54,351 nt of DNA from Promethearchaeota archaeon (GTDB taxonomy: Archaea > Asgardarchaeota > Lokiarchaeia > Sigyniarchaeales > SOKP01): assembly GCA_048940645.1 (NCBI GenBank), contig JBHLOI010000021.1, positions 1 to 54,351 on the forward strand. Direction: 5' to 3'. The position numbers and the translations under genes were made by a program. The notes under the pieces were generated by a model that saw nothing but the letters and a program-made list of their open reading frames with translations, was not told the origin of the DNA and did no database searches. Positions 20,066-30,500 of this stretch are shown in pieces (the stretch's first letter is position 1; the number at the start of each line of letters is the position of its first letter).

Positions 20066-20878
20066 TCAAATATGACTCTTTTTTTTAATTATTTTTTTCT
20101 TTTTCAGTTCTTTCAATATATATTCTGGATACTGGGCCTTAAACCATGGCCAACTAGAAAACCAATGGCTTATAATCTTTATTATAAATGATGGTTTGTT
20201 TTTCTTTAAATTACTTCTCTTAAAATAAACCATTCGATATTTTTCAGCATATTTCCATCCCCTTAGTTTTAATCCATTTAACCTTGTTGAAAATTTATAA
20301 ATTCTCATTAATCTATTAATTAACCAATATTGAGTCTTATGACAAGAAAGTAAATTTCTAATTGACACAAAATCTTTTCTTCTAAATCCAAAGAAGAAAT
20401 TCGGATTTAAAGATCCATAGAAATATAATTTAGGGGTAAAATCAATTAGCTTCTTATAAATAATATAAAAAATTGCTTTACTGGGATTGATATGATCCAT
20501 ATGATAATACCATGTATGGATTGCTTCAGGAGCAAAAATAATATCTGGTCTTTCTTCATTTAAGTAATCCGCAATTTTCATTATAATTTCCCAGTTAAAT
20601 TTTACAAATCCATCTATATACCCAAAAAAGTGAATATCTTTGGGATTAATTCCATGGGTAGATAATGCAGTATATAGTTCTTTTGTTCTTATTTTTGCCA
20701 AAAAATCACCCTTAAACTTATCATATTTAAATCCTGGAAGTCCAAATTCTCCTTTAGTAATTGAAGCTATTTTAATGATATTTTTTTTTTGACTCCTAGT
20801 CGCAAGATAATGAATCAAATGTCCGCATTTTAATTCCAAATCATCTGGGTGAGGTTGAAAGAATATTACTTTCACCAT
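20066..20878 (-). CDS. PIG-L/LmbE family deacetylase
   Basis: PHPDD, TKGE, RxxE, HMDH motifs. Confidence 0.87.
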   Translation of the reverse strand: MVKVIFFQPHPDDLELKCGHLIHYLATRSQKKNIIKIASITKGEFGLPGFKYDKFKGDFLAKIRTKELYTALSTHGINPKDIHFFGYIDGFVKFNWEIIMKIADYLNEERPDIIFAPEAIHTWYYHMDHINPSKAIFYIIYKKLIDFTPKLYFYGSLNPNFFFGFRRKDFVSIRNLLSCHKTQYWLINRLMRIYKFSTRLNGLKLRGWKYAEKYRMVYFKRSNLKKNKPSFIIKIISHWFSSWPWFKAQYPEYILKELKKKKIIKKKSHI

Positions 20879-20936
20879 TGTTATCCCATCTCTTTAAATC
20901 TTAGAATATTATTTAATTTATTAGACAATCTGATAC

Positions 20937-21824
20937 TTACTTTATACTTTCTATTTGGGTCTGTCTCTTTCCAAGTAAAAAAGAACTTATGATAACTAGG
21001 CTAATACCTATAATTAGAAATAATAGAGAAAATCCACCAGGAATGGGAAGAAAATAAACAACAAGGAAATAAAAGGGTGGTGCGATTTGAATTGGGATTT
21101 GCTGAATTGGAATTAAATTACTTGCTTGACCTATTCTGAATGATTTTTGAATTGTTATTATACCAAATATAGTAGTGAATGCCAAAACTATTAATGAAAA
21201 TATAAAAATTAGAATTTCAGTTAAAAGTGCTGTACCTCCAAATATATGAGAAAGGACTCCCATTAGAGGGCTTATCCAAAAGTTAGATAATGCAAACATA
21301 AATCCAGAGAAGATTGCCAACGATATGCCTTTATTAATCCCTTTAATTTGTAATAAATGGAAAATTCCTGCTAAAATAAATAAAACTATCGTAAAAATCA
21401 TTATTCTTAATATTAGCCCCCATTCTACGAAGTTTTGGGCTTCTACATCTATTGCCATATTACTCAATCCAATAAATGCGATTGCAATAACCATTAAAAG
21501 AATTCCTACAATTTCTGAAGTTTCTAATTGTTCTCCTATAATTTTTACAGACCCTATTGCCAATACTATTAATCCCGCTCCCATAAGGCCTGGAATTAAA
21601 GTTGGACCGATATAAAATTGAGCTATAAAATAAAGAACCCCGCCAATAATGTTTTGCAATATTAATCCTATTAACCATAACGGCTTCTTAACAATTGTCC
21701 TCATAAATTTCGAATCATCTTTGAATTTATTAACGACTTTCTTCTGTAAGACGGTTCCATAATTATTTGAAATACCAGATGATATTGCCATCAATATTCC
21801 TAACCAATAAAATACTAAACTCAT
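20937..21824 (-). CDS. DMT-superfamily membrane transporter (NIPA-like)
   Basis: About 9 TM segments; GTVLQKK, PLWLIG, IGE motifs. Confidence 0.72.
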   Translation of the reverse strand: MSLVFYWLGILMAISSGISNNYGTVLQKKVVNKFKDDSKFMRTIVKKPLWLIGLILQNIIGGVLYFIAQFYIGPTLIPGLMGAGLIVLAIGSVKIIGEQLETSEIVGILLMVIAIAFIGLSNMAIDVEAQNFVEWGLILRIMIFTIVLFILAGIFHLLQIKGINKGISLAIFSGFMFALSNFWISPLMGVLSHIFGGTALLTEILIFIFSLIVLAFTTIFGIITIQKSFRIGQASNLIPIQQIPIQIAPPFYFLVVYFLPIPGGFSLLFLIIGISLVIISSFLLGKRQTQIESIK

Positions 21825-21997
21825 AAGAAATAATTTGTATAATATAATTCAATTTTAATGTAGTATATTTTGCTCTTTAATAATTTAAAGATTAGTAGTA
21901 GTATTTTTTCAAAAACTCTTAAACCGATTGTGAGTTATTTTTTAGGGGAATTTCACTTATTTTTATGTATCAAGAAAGTACTTTTATTTTATGAGTT

Positions 21998-22402
21998 TTA
22001 ATCTCCTTGAATTTGTACAAACACTTTTCTATTTCTTGGACCATCATATTCAGCAAACATTAATCCTTGCCAAGTTCCTAAAACTAATCTTCCATTATGT
22101 ATTATTATATCTATAGAAGGCCCTGTTAAACTCGATTTTATATGAGCATCAGAATTTCCCTCCATATGAGCGAATCTCGCACCTTGTGGAATCAAGCTTC
22201 CTAAAAAATTTATAATATCTTCCATTACTGCGGGATCTGCATTTTCATTAATGGTTATTCCAGCTGTTGTATGAGGTACAAAGATTCGACAAACACCTTC
22301 TTTTACACTAGATTCACTTACGATTTTACTCACTTCACTTGTAATGTTTACCAGCACTTCCCTTTTTGGAGTTTTTACCTTAAAATCTTTAAATAATATC
22401 AT
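21998..22402 (-). CDS. yjbQ: YjbQ/UPF0047 family protein
   Basis: PHTTAGITINENADP, HMEGNSDAHIKSSL, LGTWQG, EYDGPR. Confidence 0.93.
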   Translation of the reverse strand: MILFKDFKVKTPKREVLVNITSEVSKIVSESSVKEGVCRIFVPHTTAGITINENADPAVMEDIINFLGSLIPQGARFAHMEGNSDAHIKSSLTGPSIDIIIHNGRLVLGTWQGLMFAEYDGPRNRKVFVQIQGD

Positions 22403-22622
22403 AAGATATTATAGCATACTTACATATTTTAATTTTAAATTTACTATTGGAATATATTCCAGAATGAAATTAATTGAAGAAATTATTCATAAATTTTTTT
22501 TAATTTTGTAAAAATATTGAAAATTTATTGAATTCGAACTACGAAAAAGAAAATAATTAGAAGTATATCATTTATATACTATATTATCTTATTTTCCTTA
22601 TATATATCTTATCGGAAATCAA

Positions 22623-24152
22623 ATGAAAGCTAACTATTTAAATATTTCAGAAAAAAAGAGAAGGATATACTCTTTTATTTTGTTGTCCTTGCTATTACCT
22701 ACACTCATGATTATAAACTATAATTTGCTCGGGTTTCATACTAATCAAGATAGGAAGAATATTATTATCAATAACGTTCAAGAAAATTTATGCACAAGTA
22801 ACACTTATCAATTAGTTGATCCTATTAATATTTCGTCATGGAATGATTGGGCTAATTATCCTTTTATTTCCGGAAATGGTACTAGTTTAAATCCATTTAT
22901 TATAGAAAATATTGAAATAAATGGTACTGGCGTTAAAACGATACTCTCAGGCAATGATACTCGACTCGATTATACATATAGAGGAATCTTTGTTAATGCT
23001 AATGGTTCATTTATTATTCAGAATTGTAAAATATCCCATACTTCAATCGGGATATATTTATATGTTGGCATATCTCCTGGGACTTATCTTATTAGAAATG
23101 TTGAGATTAATAATTGTAGTATAGGAATTTATAGTTGGTGGCCACATGTTGTAGTAAATATCACCAATTGCTATATTCATGATTGCAATTGGGTTTCTAT
23201 AAAAGCAAAATTAGATTTACATGGCTACTCAGATTACGGTGGAGTTGGAATCTGGGTAAGATCAAATACAGGTTCTGTTATTGATAATTGCAGTATTCAT
23301 GATTGTGCAATAGGGATGAGTGCAGGAAGTGTAGAATTTATTCGAAAGAATGAATTTATTAATTGTGGTATAGTTCTTAGTATGTATTTTTCAAATTATG
23401 ATATTAGCAACACGGTCAATGGAAAACCGATAGGTTTATTCTGGGGAATAGATAATATGATTTTTACCCAAATTAATGCCTCTCAATATGGACAATTAAT
23501 TTTTGTAAGTTGCAATAACCTTTCTCTTTCAAATATTCATATTACTGAACCTTCTAGTATTGGAATTCAATTATATTCTCTTAGCGTTGAACAACAAACA
23601 ACCCATTTAAGTAATATTGTAGTTGAAAATCAAAAACTAGCTATGTATATTGCTGGACGTAATATAGTTGGGGATTATCTATCTATTAAAAACTGTAGTG
23701 CTGGATTCTATTTTGAAAATATTTACCATAGTAGATTTACAAATATTATGATAGATAATACTGATATACCTATTTATATAAAGACACCGATTAATAATGT
23801 TACTATTGAAATTGAACGATTTACTAAATTTTATTTAGTTGATGATATGGCTTTGTATGGGGAAAAGCTACATGTTGAGTCGTTAGATACATCATATAAT
23901 GTGTCAATGTCTTATATTCCAGAATTAGGAATGCGAGGTTATGTTACTCAATTTAATGATAATAATATCTATCAACTTAGCCTTGTTTGGTCATATGAAG
24001 TTCGAGCAAATTTTACAATCATCTCAGGCTCACCTTATACAAATCCGGATAGAGAGATCCCAGGATATCATCTATTTTGGCTCTGGAGTATAGTTATCAT
24101 AGGATTCGTAATATTGATTGAATCTCGCCGAAATAAATTTTACAAAAATTAA
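22623..24152 (+). CDS. Cell-surface right-handed beta-helix (NosD/CASH-like) protein with Loki-CTERM-like tail
   Basis: N-terminal hydrophobic helix; GNGTSLNPFIIEN; IxNCxI repeats; NTVNGKPI; C-terminal IPGY-TM-basic tail. Confidence 0.78.
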   Translation: MKANYLNISEKKRRIYSFILLSLLLPTLMIINYNLLGFHTNQDRKNIIINNVQENLCTSNTYQLVDPINISSWNDWANYPFISGNGTSLNPFIIENIEINGTGVKTILSGNDTRLDYTYRGIFVNANGSFIIQNCKISHTSIGIYLYVGISPGTYLIRNVEINNCSIGIYSWWPHVVVNITNCYIHDCNWVSIKAKLDLHGYSDYGGVGIWVRSNTGSVIDNCSIHDCAIGMSAGSVEFIRKNEFINCGIVLSMYFSNYDISNTVNGKPIGLFWGIDNMIFTQINASQYGQLIFVSCNNLSLSNIHITEPSSIGIQLYSLSVEQQTTHLSNIVVENQKLAMYIAGRNIVGDYLSIKNCSAGFYFENIYHSRFTNIMIDNTDIPIYIKTPINNVTIEIERFTKFYLVDDMALYGEKLHVESLDTSYNVSMSYIPELGMRGYVTQFNDNNIYQLSLVWSYEVRANFTIISGSPYTNPDREIPGYHLFWLWSIVIIGFVILIESRRNKFYKN

Positions 24153-24193
24153 GAATAATCTTTGAAAGATTTATTATAGAAAAAATAAAGTTT

Positions 24194-24955
24194 TTAGAAT
24201 TTTCCATGTTTTCCTTTCCCTAAAGCAAATTCCTTGCTTCCTTCAAGATATTCTCCACTTTGTAAGGTATTTAAGCCATATTCAAATTCATTTTTCATTG
24301 CTTCCTTAAAATTCATACTAAATTGTTCATAAGTAGAGAGTTTATCGTTTCTCATACACGTTTGAGGAAATGATGCGATTTCTATAGCTAATTTTTCGGC
24401 TTCTTCTCTAGCAGTTCCATCTTTTACTACTCTATTTGCTAAACCCCAGTCGAAAGCTTGTTGAGCGGATACTGGCCTTCCAGTTAAAATCATATCTAAA
24501 GCTCTACTTAACCCTATTAATCTTGGAAGCCGCACAGTACCTCCATCAATTAAAGGAACTCCAAACCGACGAGAAAAGACTCCAAAAATGGCACTTTCCT
24601 CCACTATACGTAGATCACACCATAAAGCAAGTTCTAATCCACCAGCAACCGCATAACCTGCTACAGCAGCAATAATAGGTTTAGAAAGTATCATTCTTGA
24701 GGGTCCCATTGGACCATCTCCTTCTTTATCTATTCTATTACCACGTCCTTCAGCAATAGCTTTAAGGTTTGCGCCTGAACAAAAAGCACCATTCGCACCC
24801 CATAAAACAGCAACAAGTGCATTATTATCGCGTTCAAATTCTCTGAATGCATTAGCAAGCTCTAATGCTGTGGGGCCATCCACAGCATTTTTCACTTTAG
24901 GATTATCAATAATTACTGTATAAACTGGATATTTCTTTTCAATTAAAATTGCCAT
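24194..24955 (-). CDS. Enoyl-CoA hydratase/isomerase (crotonase) family
   Basis: FCSGANL, KPIIAAVAGYAVAGGLELALWCD, GVPLIDGGTVRLPRLIG. Confidence 0.92.
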   Translation of the reverse strand: MAILIEKKYPVYTVIIDNPKVKNAVDGPTALELANAFREFERDNNALVAVLWGANGAFCSGANLKAIAEGRGNRIDKEGDGPMGPSRMILSKPIIAAVAGYAVAGGLELALWCDLRIVEESAIFGVFSRRFGVPLIDGGTVRLPRLIGLSRALDMILTGRPVSAQQAFDWGLANRVVKDGTAREEAEKLAIEIASFPQTCMRNDKLSTYEQFSMNFKEAMKNEFEYGLNTLQSGEYLEGSKEFALGKGKHGKF

Positions 24956-25016
24956 GAAAAAAATAGAATTATAAAGATAATAAAATTATTCTAAAAAAAA
25001 ACACTAAAAAAATATT

Positions 25017-26105
25017 TTATTTTTGATTTGCTAAGTATTCATTCATTTCTACAAAACTACTTGTTCTAATAAGAGCAGCTTTGAGAAATTGGAATCCAAT
25101 ATCGTATGTAGAACCATCTCCTCCAATATGAATAACCCAAGGTATTTCTTTATTATATAAGCCCTTTGCTTTCATAATTTTTTTGGCTGTGATAATCCCA
25201 TCAGCAACAGTAGCTCCTGACTCGAATAAGTGGTGAACCCAAGGCACATTCCAAGATGTCACGTTATCTTTTGAAGTGGAGACTTCAGAACAACTTGTAT
25301 TATTTATATAAATAATATTCTTTCCCGATACAGCTTGAGCTGCAGTGGCGAGTTGATTAAGGACCATACCTGCACCACAACCGGGGCAAAGTCCATGACC
25401 TGGTTGAAGGTGTTTTTGAGGTTCTAGACTTTTACGATTTACTCTATAAAAGTCTATTGGTTTTTCTGCTCCAAATTGTTCTATAAGTCCTTTAAGTTTT
25501 TTATTCCTTTGTTCCGTTAAATAGATAATTTCATCAATTTCTTTTTCCATAAACTTAGGTTTGAAGAGATGTCTAAATCTTCCCATAGATTTTAAATATT
25601 CAACGAACTTTTCTTTATCAATATCCAATCCCCGGTAATAGGTAAATTCAGGAACTCCATCCTCTACCCTTATGGTGTATAAAGGCCAATAACCACAATC
25701 TGTAGCTAGTTTTGATATTTCCAGAGCCACAGAAGCTCCATGTCTCCAACCTCTCATACAATCTGAATATGCTTGAATAAATGCAGAACCATTTGATTTA
25801 AGAGCATCCGCTACTTTTCCCATGAAATCTGCTGGATAAGCGGGGTTAACTGTTGCTAAGAACAATTTTTTTGTTCCATAAAAAGCAAAGGGAGTAACCA
25901 AGTCTTGCTTAACTCCAACTTTACCAGGTATTTTTTCTCCTGCAGGTCCGGTAGTGGTTGAGGCATACGGGGGAGTTCCTCCACTTTCCTGGATTCCAGT
26001 ATTCATAAAAGCTTCATTATCATAATTGAAGAATAAAACATTACATTTGCCATCTCTCGCTAATATATCTTCAAAATTAATTACATTTCTTTCTGGTTTC
26101 GACAT
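25017..26105 (-). CDS. porB: Pyruvate/2-oxoacid:ferredoxin oxidoreductase beta subunit, circularly permuted
   Basis: All PorB motifs are present in swapped order: YDNEAFMNTGIQ...DCMRGW...WPLY...GRFRHLF first, then PGHGLCPGCG...TSCSEV...VPWVHHLFE...GGDGSTYDIGFQ. Confidence 0.88.
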   Translation of the reverse strand: MSKPERNVINFEDILARDGKCNVLFFNYDNEAFMNTGIQESGGTPPYASTTTGPAGEKIPGKVGVKQDLVTPFAFYGTKKLFLATVNPAYPADFMGKVADALKSNGSAFIQAYSDCMRGWRHGASVALEISKLATDCGYWPLYTIRVEDGVPEFTYYRGLDIDKEKFVEYLKSMGRFRHLFKPKFMEKEIDEIIYLTEQRNKKLKGLIEQFGAEKPIDFYRVNRKSLEPQKHLQPGHGLCPGCGAGMVLNQLATAAQAVSGKNIIYINNTSCSEVSTSKDNVTSWNVPWVHHLFESGATVADGIITAKKIMKAKGLYNKEIPWVIHIGGDGSTYDIGFQFLKAALIRTSSFVEMNEYLANQK

Positions 26106-26108
26106 TTT

Positions 26109-27335
26109 TTAATCCACCCCAAAAATTTTTTCCTTTGTTTCTCTTACTCCCAAATATTGATAAAGTTGGCCATTCATATCTGAAACTAAAGCCATTTTCC
26201 TTTTAGCAATGTCTAATTCGTCTCTCGTTACATCTCTGCCACCTAAACCCACTATAAAACTTCTAAATAATGTTCCAAGAGGGTATAATGCGGATGCAAT
26301 AGACATTGAAAACGGAGGAAGCATGCCATTTAGCGAATCAGACTTCTCTAGAATGATTAATTTCTCAATATTATGGTCTTCAACTATTTTTCGTAATTCT
26401 TCATAAGGAAATGGTCGAAAAGCACGAATTTTGATAAGCCCAATATCCTTGTTCTTTAGCATCCAACTGATAATATTACCACACATTGAACCCATCGTGC
26501 AAAAAGCTGTTTTTGAAGAATTATCTAGATTATAAGTTTCAATTAAATCGTATTCTCTCCCGGTAAACTTTTTAAATTTTGAAAAAACTTCTCTCAATTG
26601 ATTCAAAACAGGCTTTTTAGCTTCATCTAGATTCTTTCTTCCTTCCATAAAATAAGATGGGGTTACAATTCCTCCCCAAGTCCCTGGTTTTGAGGGATCA
26701 ATCGTATGTCGTGGTTTCTTTGGAGTCATTTGTCTAACAGCTTCATCTGGAATAAGAGTTAATTTTTGAACTGAGTGTGAAATAATAAAACCATCATGAA
26801 CAAACATAGTTGGGAATAACGAGTCTTCAGAAATCATTACTGAGAGGATTGCAGCATCGTAGGTCTCTTGAACATTCTCAGATACAATGCAATTCCACCC
26901 CATTTCTGAATTTGTTTCAGTAAACTCCCATGAATTCCAAATACTTAAATTAGGACTATTAAAGGCTCTTGCGCTAATCATCATAGTTAATGGTAAACGC
27001 CATCCTACTGCCATGGGTAATGCTTCAGTCATTAGTAAATACCCTTGACTCGCTGTTGCTGTAAACGATCTTGCACCTGCTGCACAAGCAGCGGTTGAAA
27101 AACTAATAGCAGCTAATTCAGATTCTACATTGACAAAAGCAGCCTTTAATCTACCTTGATGGACAACATCAGATAATCCCTCTACAGATTGAGTCTGCGG
27201 TGTTATAGGAAATGCGCAAATGACATCAGGATCTGTCTGCGTCACTCCCCCTGCAACAGCATAATTTCCAATCATCGTAGTCGTAATTGGTTCTTTAATC
27301 TCTTTAAAAAATATTCTCATAGGTTCTATTGACAA
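26109..27335 (-). CDS. porA: Pyruvate/2-oxoacid:ferredoxin oxidoreductase alpha subunit
   Basis: GNYAVA, FPITPQT, VESELAA, TATASQG, DGFIISH, RAFRPFP, GLGGRD; TTG start with GGAGGT SD. Confidence 0.9.
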   Translation of the reverse strand: MSIEPMRIFFKEIKEPITTTMIGNYAVAGGVTQTDPDVICAFPITPQTQSVEGLSDVVHQGRLKAAFVNVESELAAISFSTAACAAGARSFTATASQGYLLMTEALPMAVGWRLPLTMMISARAFNSPNLSIWNSWEFTETNSEMGWNCIVSENVQETYDAAILSVMISEDSLFPTMFVHDGFIISHSVQKLTLIPDEAVRQMTPKKPRHTIDPSKPGTWGGIVTPSYFMEGRKNLDEAKKPVLNQLREVFSKFKKFTGREYDLIETYNLDNSSKTAFCTMGSMCGNIISWMLKNKDIGLIKIRAFRPFPYEELRKIVEDHNIEKLIILEKSDSLNGMLPPFSMSIASALYPLGTLFRSFIVGLGGRDVTRDELDIAKRKMALVSDMNGQLYQYLGVRETKEKIFGVD

Positions 27336-27337
27336 TT

Positions 27338-28339
27338 TTAATTACCTCCTTCTTGATCTTCTGGAACAGCACAAGATGCTGGACCTTGTTTTAATCTTTT
27401 ACTTATAGCATCTACTGGGCAGACTTCAAGGCAATTTTGACATGATTTACAGTGAAATTGATCAATACCTTTCATGTGCCATTGTCCATCATCTCCTTTG
27501 TCTCTGACTATAGCAAAATCAGGGCAAATGTACCAACATTGAGCGCAATCAGTACATTTTTCTTCATCCCAAATCATATCCCATTCTCCCCAAGAACCAG
27601 TATTAACCTGTCCACTTCCCATTTCTATAACATCTTCATCGCAATACCAAACTCCCGCTTTATCAACTTCTTTATATCCTGGCAATCCAGGGAATACTTG
27701 TTGCCAAGGTACTTTTGTATCAACCGTAAAATCGGGATCTAAACCAATATCGTAAACACATGTTTCTTCAATAGCTTGTTTTATTGCTGCAACATTTTTA
27801 GCAGCCAATTCTCCCTTAAAGCGTCTCATTATTGCATCTGCTAAAGCATCTACTGAAAAAATAGGCATAACACGAAGGATGCCACCTAAAATAATGGTAT
27901 TGGTAATATTTCTACCCAATACATCTAAAGCTATTCTAGTTGCATCAATTGTGCCAATATTAATATCTTTTCTGCCAACAACATCTTGAATTTCTAATTG
28001 ATTTAAAACTGTATTAACAATCAACCAACCTCCCTTGGCTAATCCGGCAGTTACATCGATTTCTCCTAAAAGAGAAGGATCTAATACAGCTACAACATGA
28101 GGAGCATACACTTGTTCATTTGTTCTAACTAGATCGTCATTACCACTCAGTCTTACATAACTTTCCGTAGGAGAACCCATGCGTTCAGCTCCAAACATTG
28201 GTTGACATACACCATAACCATAAAAAGCTTCTACACACAAATTTGAAGCTGTTACTCCGCCTTGTCCACCTCTCGCATGAAATCGAAGATTTATAACATT
28301 CTCTTTTAAAACTTCTTCTAATTGTTCAGCGCTTAACAT
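27338..28339 (-). CDS. 2-oxoacid:ferredoxin oxidoreductase gamma subunit fused to delta (2x[4Fe-4S]) subunit
   Basis: RGGQGGVTA, FGAERMGSP, NTIILG (gamma); NTGSW, CxxCxxCxxxCP twice (delta). Confidence 0.9.
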   Translation of the reverse strand: MLSAEQLEEVLKENVINLRFHARGGQGGVTASNLCVEAFYGYGVCQPMFGAERMGSPTESYVRLSGNDDLVRTNEQVYAPHVVAVLDPSLLGEIDVTAGLAKGGWLIVNTVLNQLEIQDVVGRKDINIGTIDATRIALDVLGRNITNTIILGGILRVMPIFSVDALADAIMRRFKGELAAKNVAAIKQAIEETCVYDIGLDPDFTVDTKVPWQQVFPGLPGYKEVDKAGVWYCDEDVIEMGSGQVNTGSWGEWDMIWDEEKCTDCAQCWYICPDFAIVRDKGDDGQWHMKGIDQFHCKSCQNCLEVCPVDAISKRLKQGPASCAVPEDQEGGN

Positions 28340-28542
28340 TTTTTTTCGAATCTTTAGTATTTTTATTAATTTTTTGCTATAAAATAAACACTAAGAAAAA
28401 TATTCTTAAAAAATTAAGCTTTATCCATTTATTCCATAAATTTTAATTCTGAAATGAAAGAAACATGTTTAAGTAATGTTAATATCAGAAATCTATAACT
28501 AATTCCAATTATAATAAATTCAATCAATCTATATTATTAATT

Positions 28543-29029
28543 ATGAATTCTCAAGAAAAATCAAACAATAGCAATTCAGAAATAAATGAAGATGCCATAT
28601 TTAAATCACTGAGTCATGAAATACGTAGAGACATTATTAGATATATTGGAGATAAAAGGGAATCCACCTTTTCAGAAATTTTTCACAATATCAATGAATA
28701 TTGATAGTCCAACTCTGTCATATCACCTAAAAAGTTTAAATCCTCTCATAATCCAAAAAGAAAATAAATATTTTTTGTCAGAAATAGGACAGGCTTCTTA
28801 TAGTTTACTTGGAAAAATAGATCAATCTGAGAGAATTCAAAAGGGGAAAAAACGATTTCTACATGCGTATTTTACAACTGCTATTTGTTGGATATCTGCT
28901 AGTACCATTATTCCTCTAGTTTATTTGTTTGGACCGATTGATTTCCTGATTCCAATAGTTCAAATTGTCATTACTATCATTTCTTCGATAAATTACATTA
29001 TTATTTGGAAATTAGGAAAATCTTTTTAA
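28543..29029 (+). pseudogene. ArsR-like winged-HTH protein with 2 C-terminal TM helices, split by a +1 frameshift
   Basis: ATG 28543 reads MNSQ...IFKSLSHEIRRDIIRYIG...TFSEIFHNINEY* (stop 28702-28704). The rest of the HTH (NIDSPTLSYHLKSL...YFLSEIG) and the TM helices are in the +1 frame (track ORF 28616..29029). Confidence 0.75.
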
Positions 29030-29114
29030 GAAAATTGATTAATTTTTTTTGATTTCTTTCTTTTCTCCAAACATAAAAGTTTAACTTGTTAATAAGAAAT
29101 ATTTTTTGTTTTAA

Positions 29115-30428
29115 ATGTTAAAGAGTAAAAAATCTAATTCATACGAAGAAAAGGTTACTCCTGATTTTAATCCTATGATTAAAATCATATTTTGGAATAG
29201 TTTAGGGTTTTTTTTTTTTTCATTTATAGTACCTCACGTAGTTAAGCAATTTTTAGGGTTTTCAGAAATAGAATTGGGGTTGGTTTGGGCAAGTCAGTTA
29301 TTTGGTGCCTTATTAAGCACTCCATTTGTAGGATATATAACTGATAAGATGTCAAAGAAGTTATTAGTATTAATTGGAAGTTTTGGCAGAGGAGTTGGTT
29401 ATTTTGTAATGTATCTTGCTATAATATTTTATTCACTTTATATCTTCGCCATTGGATTATTTATTTTGGGATTTTTCGTAGGATTTTTTTGGAGCCCTTT
29501 AGACACTTTAATCTCTGAAAAATCACATAAACGAAATCGCTCTTATGCATTTGGAAAAAGGGGTGGGATGATGGGGATCGGTAATTTAGTTGGATCAATC
29601 ATTAGTTTTTTAATCTTTGGATTAACTAATTATTTAATTCCCGAGAACATCTATTTAGTCTATAGCCCCTTAATTTTATTTGGTGCTTCCAATTTATATG
29701 CGGGGATAGTTTTTAATCGTGATGTCGATGAAAACCTTACATTTAAAGATCACATTACTAATTTAGGAATAATAAGAGAAGATTCTTTTAGTATACCTCA
29801 AATAAATGACTCAAATTCAGAAATTAAATTAAAATCAAAAATGAGTTACATCTTTGTATTGGGATTTACAGTCTTAATGTTTGCATTTTTAACAACTAAT
29901 ATGAATCAAATGTTAGCTCAACCTTACCTGCAACCTTATTTAAATGATGATTTAAAAGTTGTGGATCCTACTATAGTTATGTTAATCCTGTTTCCAAGTC
30001 AAGTTATCGCGTTATTAATAGCACCAAAATTAGGAAAATTAGCTGATAAAATTAATCCAATGTTAGGAATTACTGTTATTAGTAGCTTTGGTTCCTTAGT
30101 CACATGGTTAATTATTAATTCGACAACAGGGTGGATATTCAGTTTAATTTTGATTTTAGATTCCACTTTTGCTTGGGGAGGAATGTTAGTATTACAAAAT
30201 GTTTTAAGTCGTATATCTAAAAGTCATCGTGGAAAGATATTTGGTGTCTCACAATGGATAAGTATTCTTGGAGCAATAATAGGACCTATTTTAGGAGGGA
30301 TTGTTTACGTTATATTTGGATCGTTTGCACCTTTCCTTATTTCGATATTTATTGAATTATCAATAATCCCTTTCTATATTATAGCTATTCGCTTATTAAA
30401 GCCATATATGGCTGAAAAAATAGAATAA
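29115..30428 (+). CDS. Major facilitator superfamily transporter
   Basis: About 12 TM; motif A GYITDKMSKK / GKLADKIN; GAIIGPILGG. Confidence 0.9.
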   Translation: MLKSKKSNSYEEKVTPDFNPMIKIIFWNSLGFFFFSFIVPHVVKQFLGFSEIELGLVWASQLFGALLSTPFVGYITDKMSKKLLVLIGSFGRGVGYFVMYLAIIFYSLYIFAIGLFILGFFVGFFWSPLDTLISEKSHKRNRSYAFGKRGGMMGIGNLVGSIISFLIFGLTNYLIPENIYLVYSPLILFGASNLYAGIVFNRDVDENLTFKDHITNLGIIREDSFSIPQINDSNSEIKLKSKMSYIFVLGFTVLMFAFLTTNMNQMLAQPYLQPYLNDDLKVVDPTIVMLILFPSQVIALLIAPKLGKLADKINPMLGITVISSFGSLVTWLIINSTTGWIFSLILILDSTFAWGGMLVLQNVLSRISKSHRGKIFGVSQWISILGAIIGPILGGIVYVIFGSFAPFLISIFIELSIIPFYIIAIRLLKPYMAEKIE

Positions 30429-30500
30429 TTAAACCGTATAAAATACGATAATGCCCTACTTTTTGTTAAAATAAGAGGTCAAATTTAATAATTCCACCAT

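Noticed and set aside
28616-28690. Track N-terminus MKYVETLLDILEIKGNPPFQK
   Set aside because: Wrong-frame reading; the real HTH N-terminus is in the frame starting at 28543.
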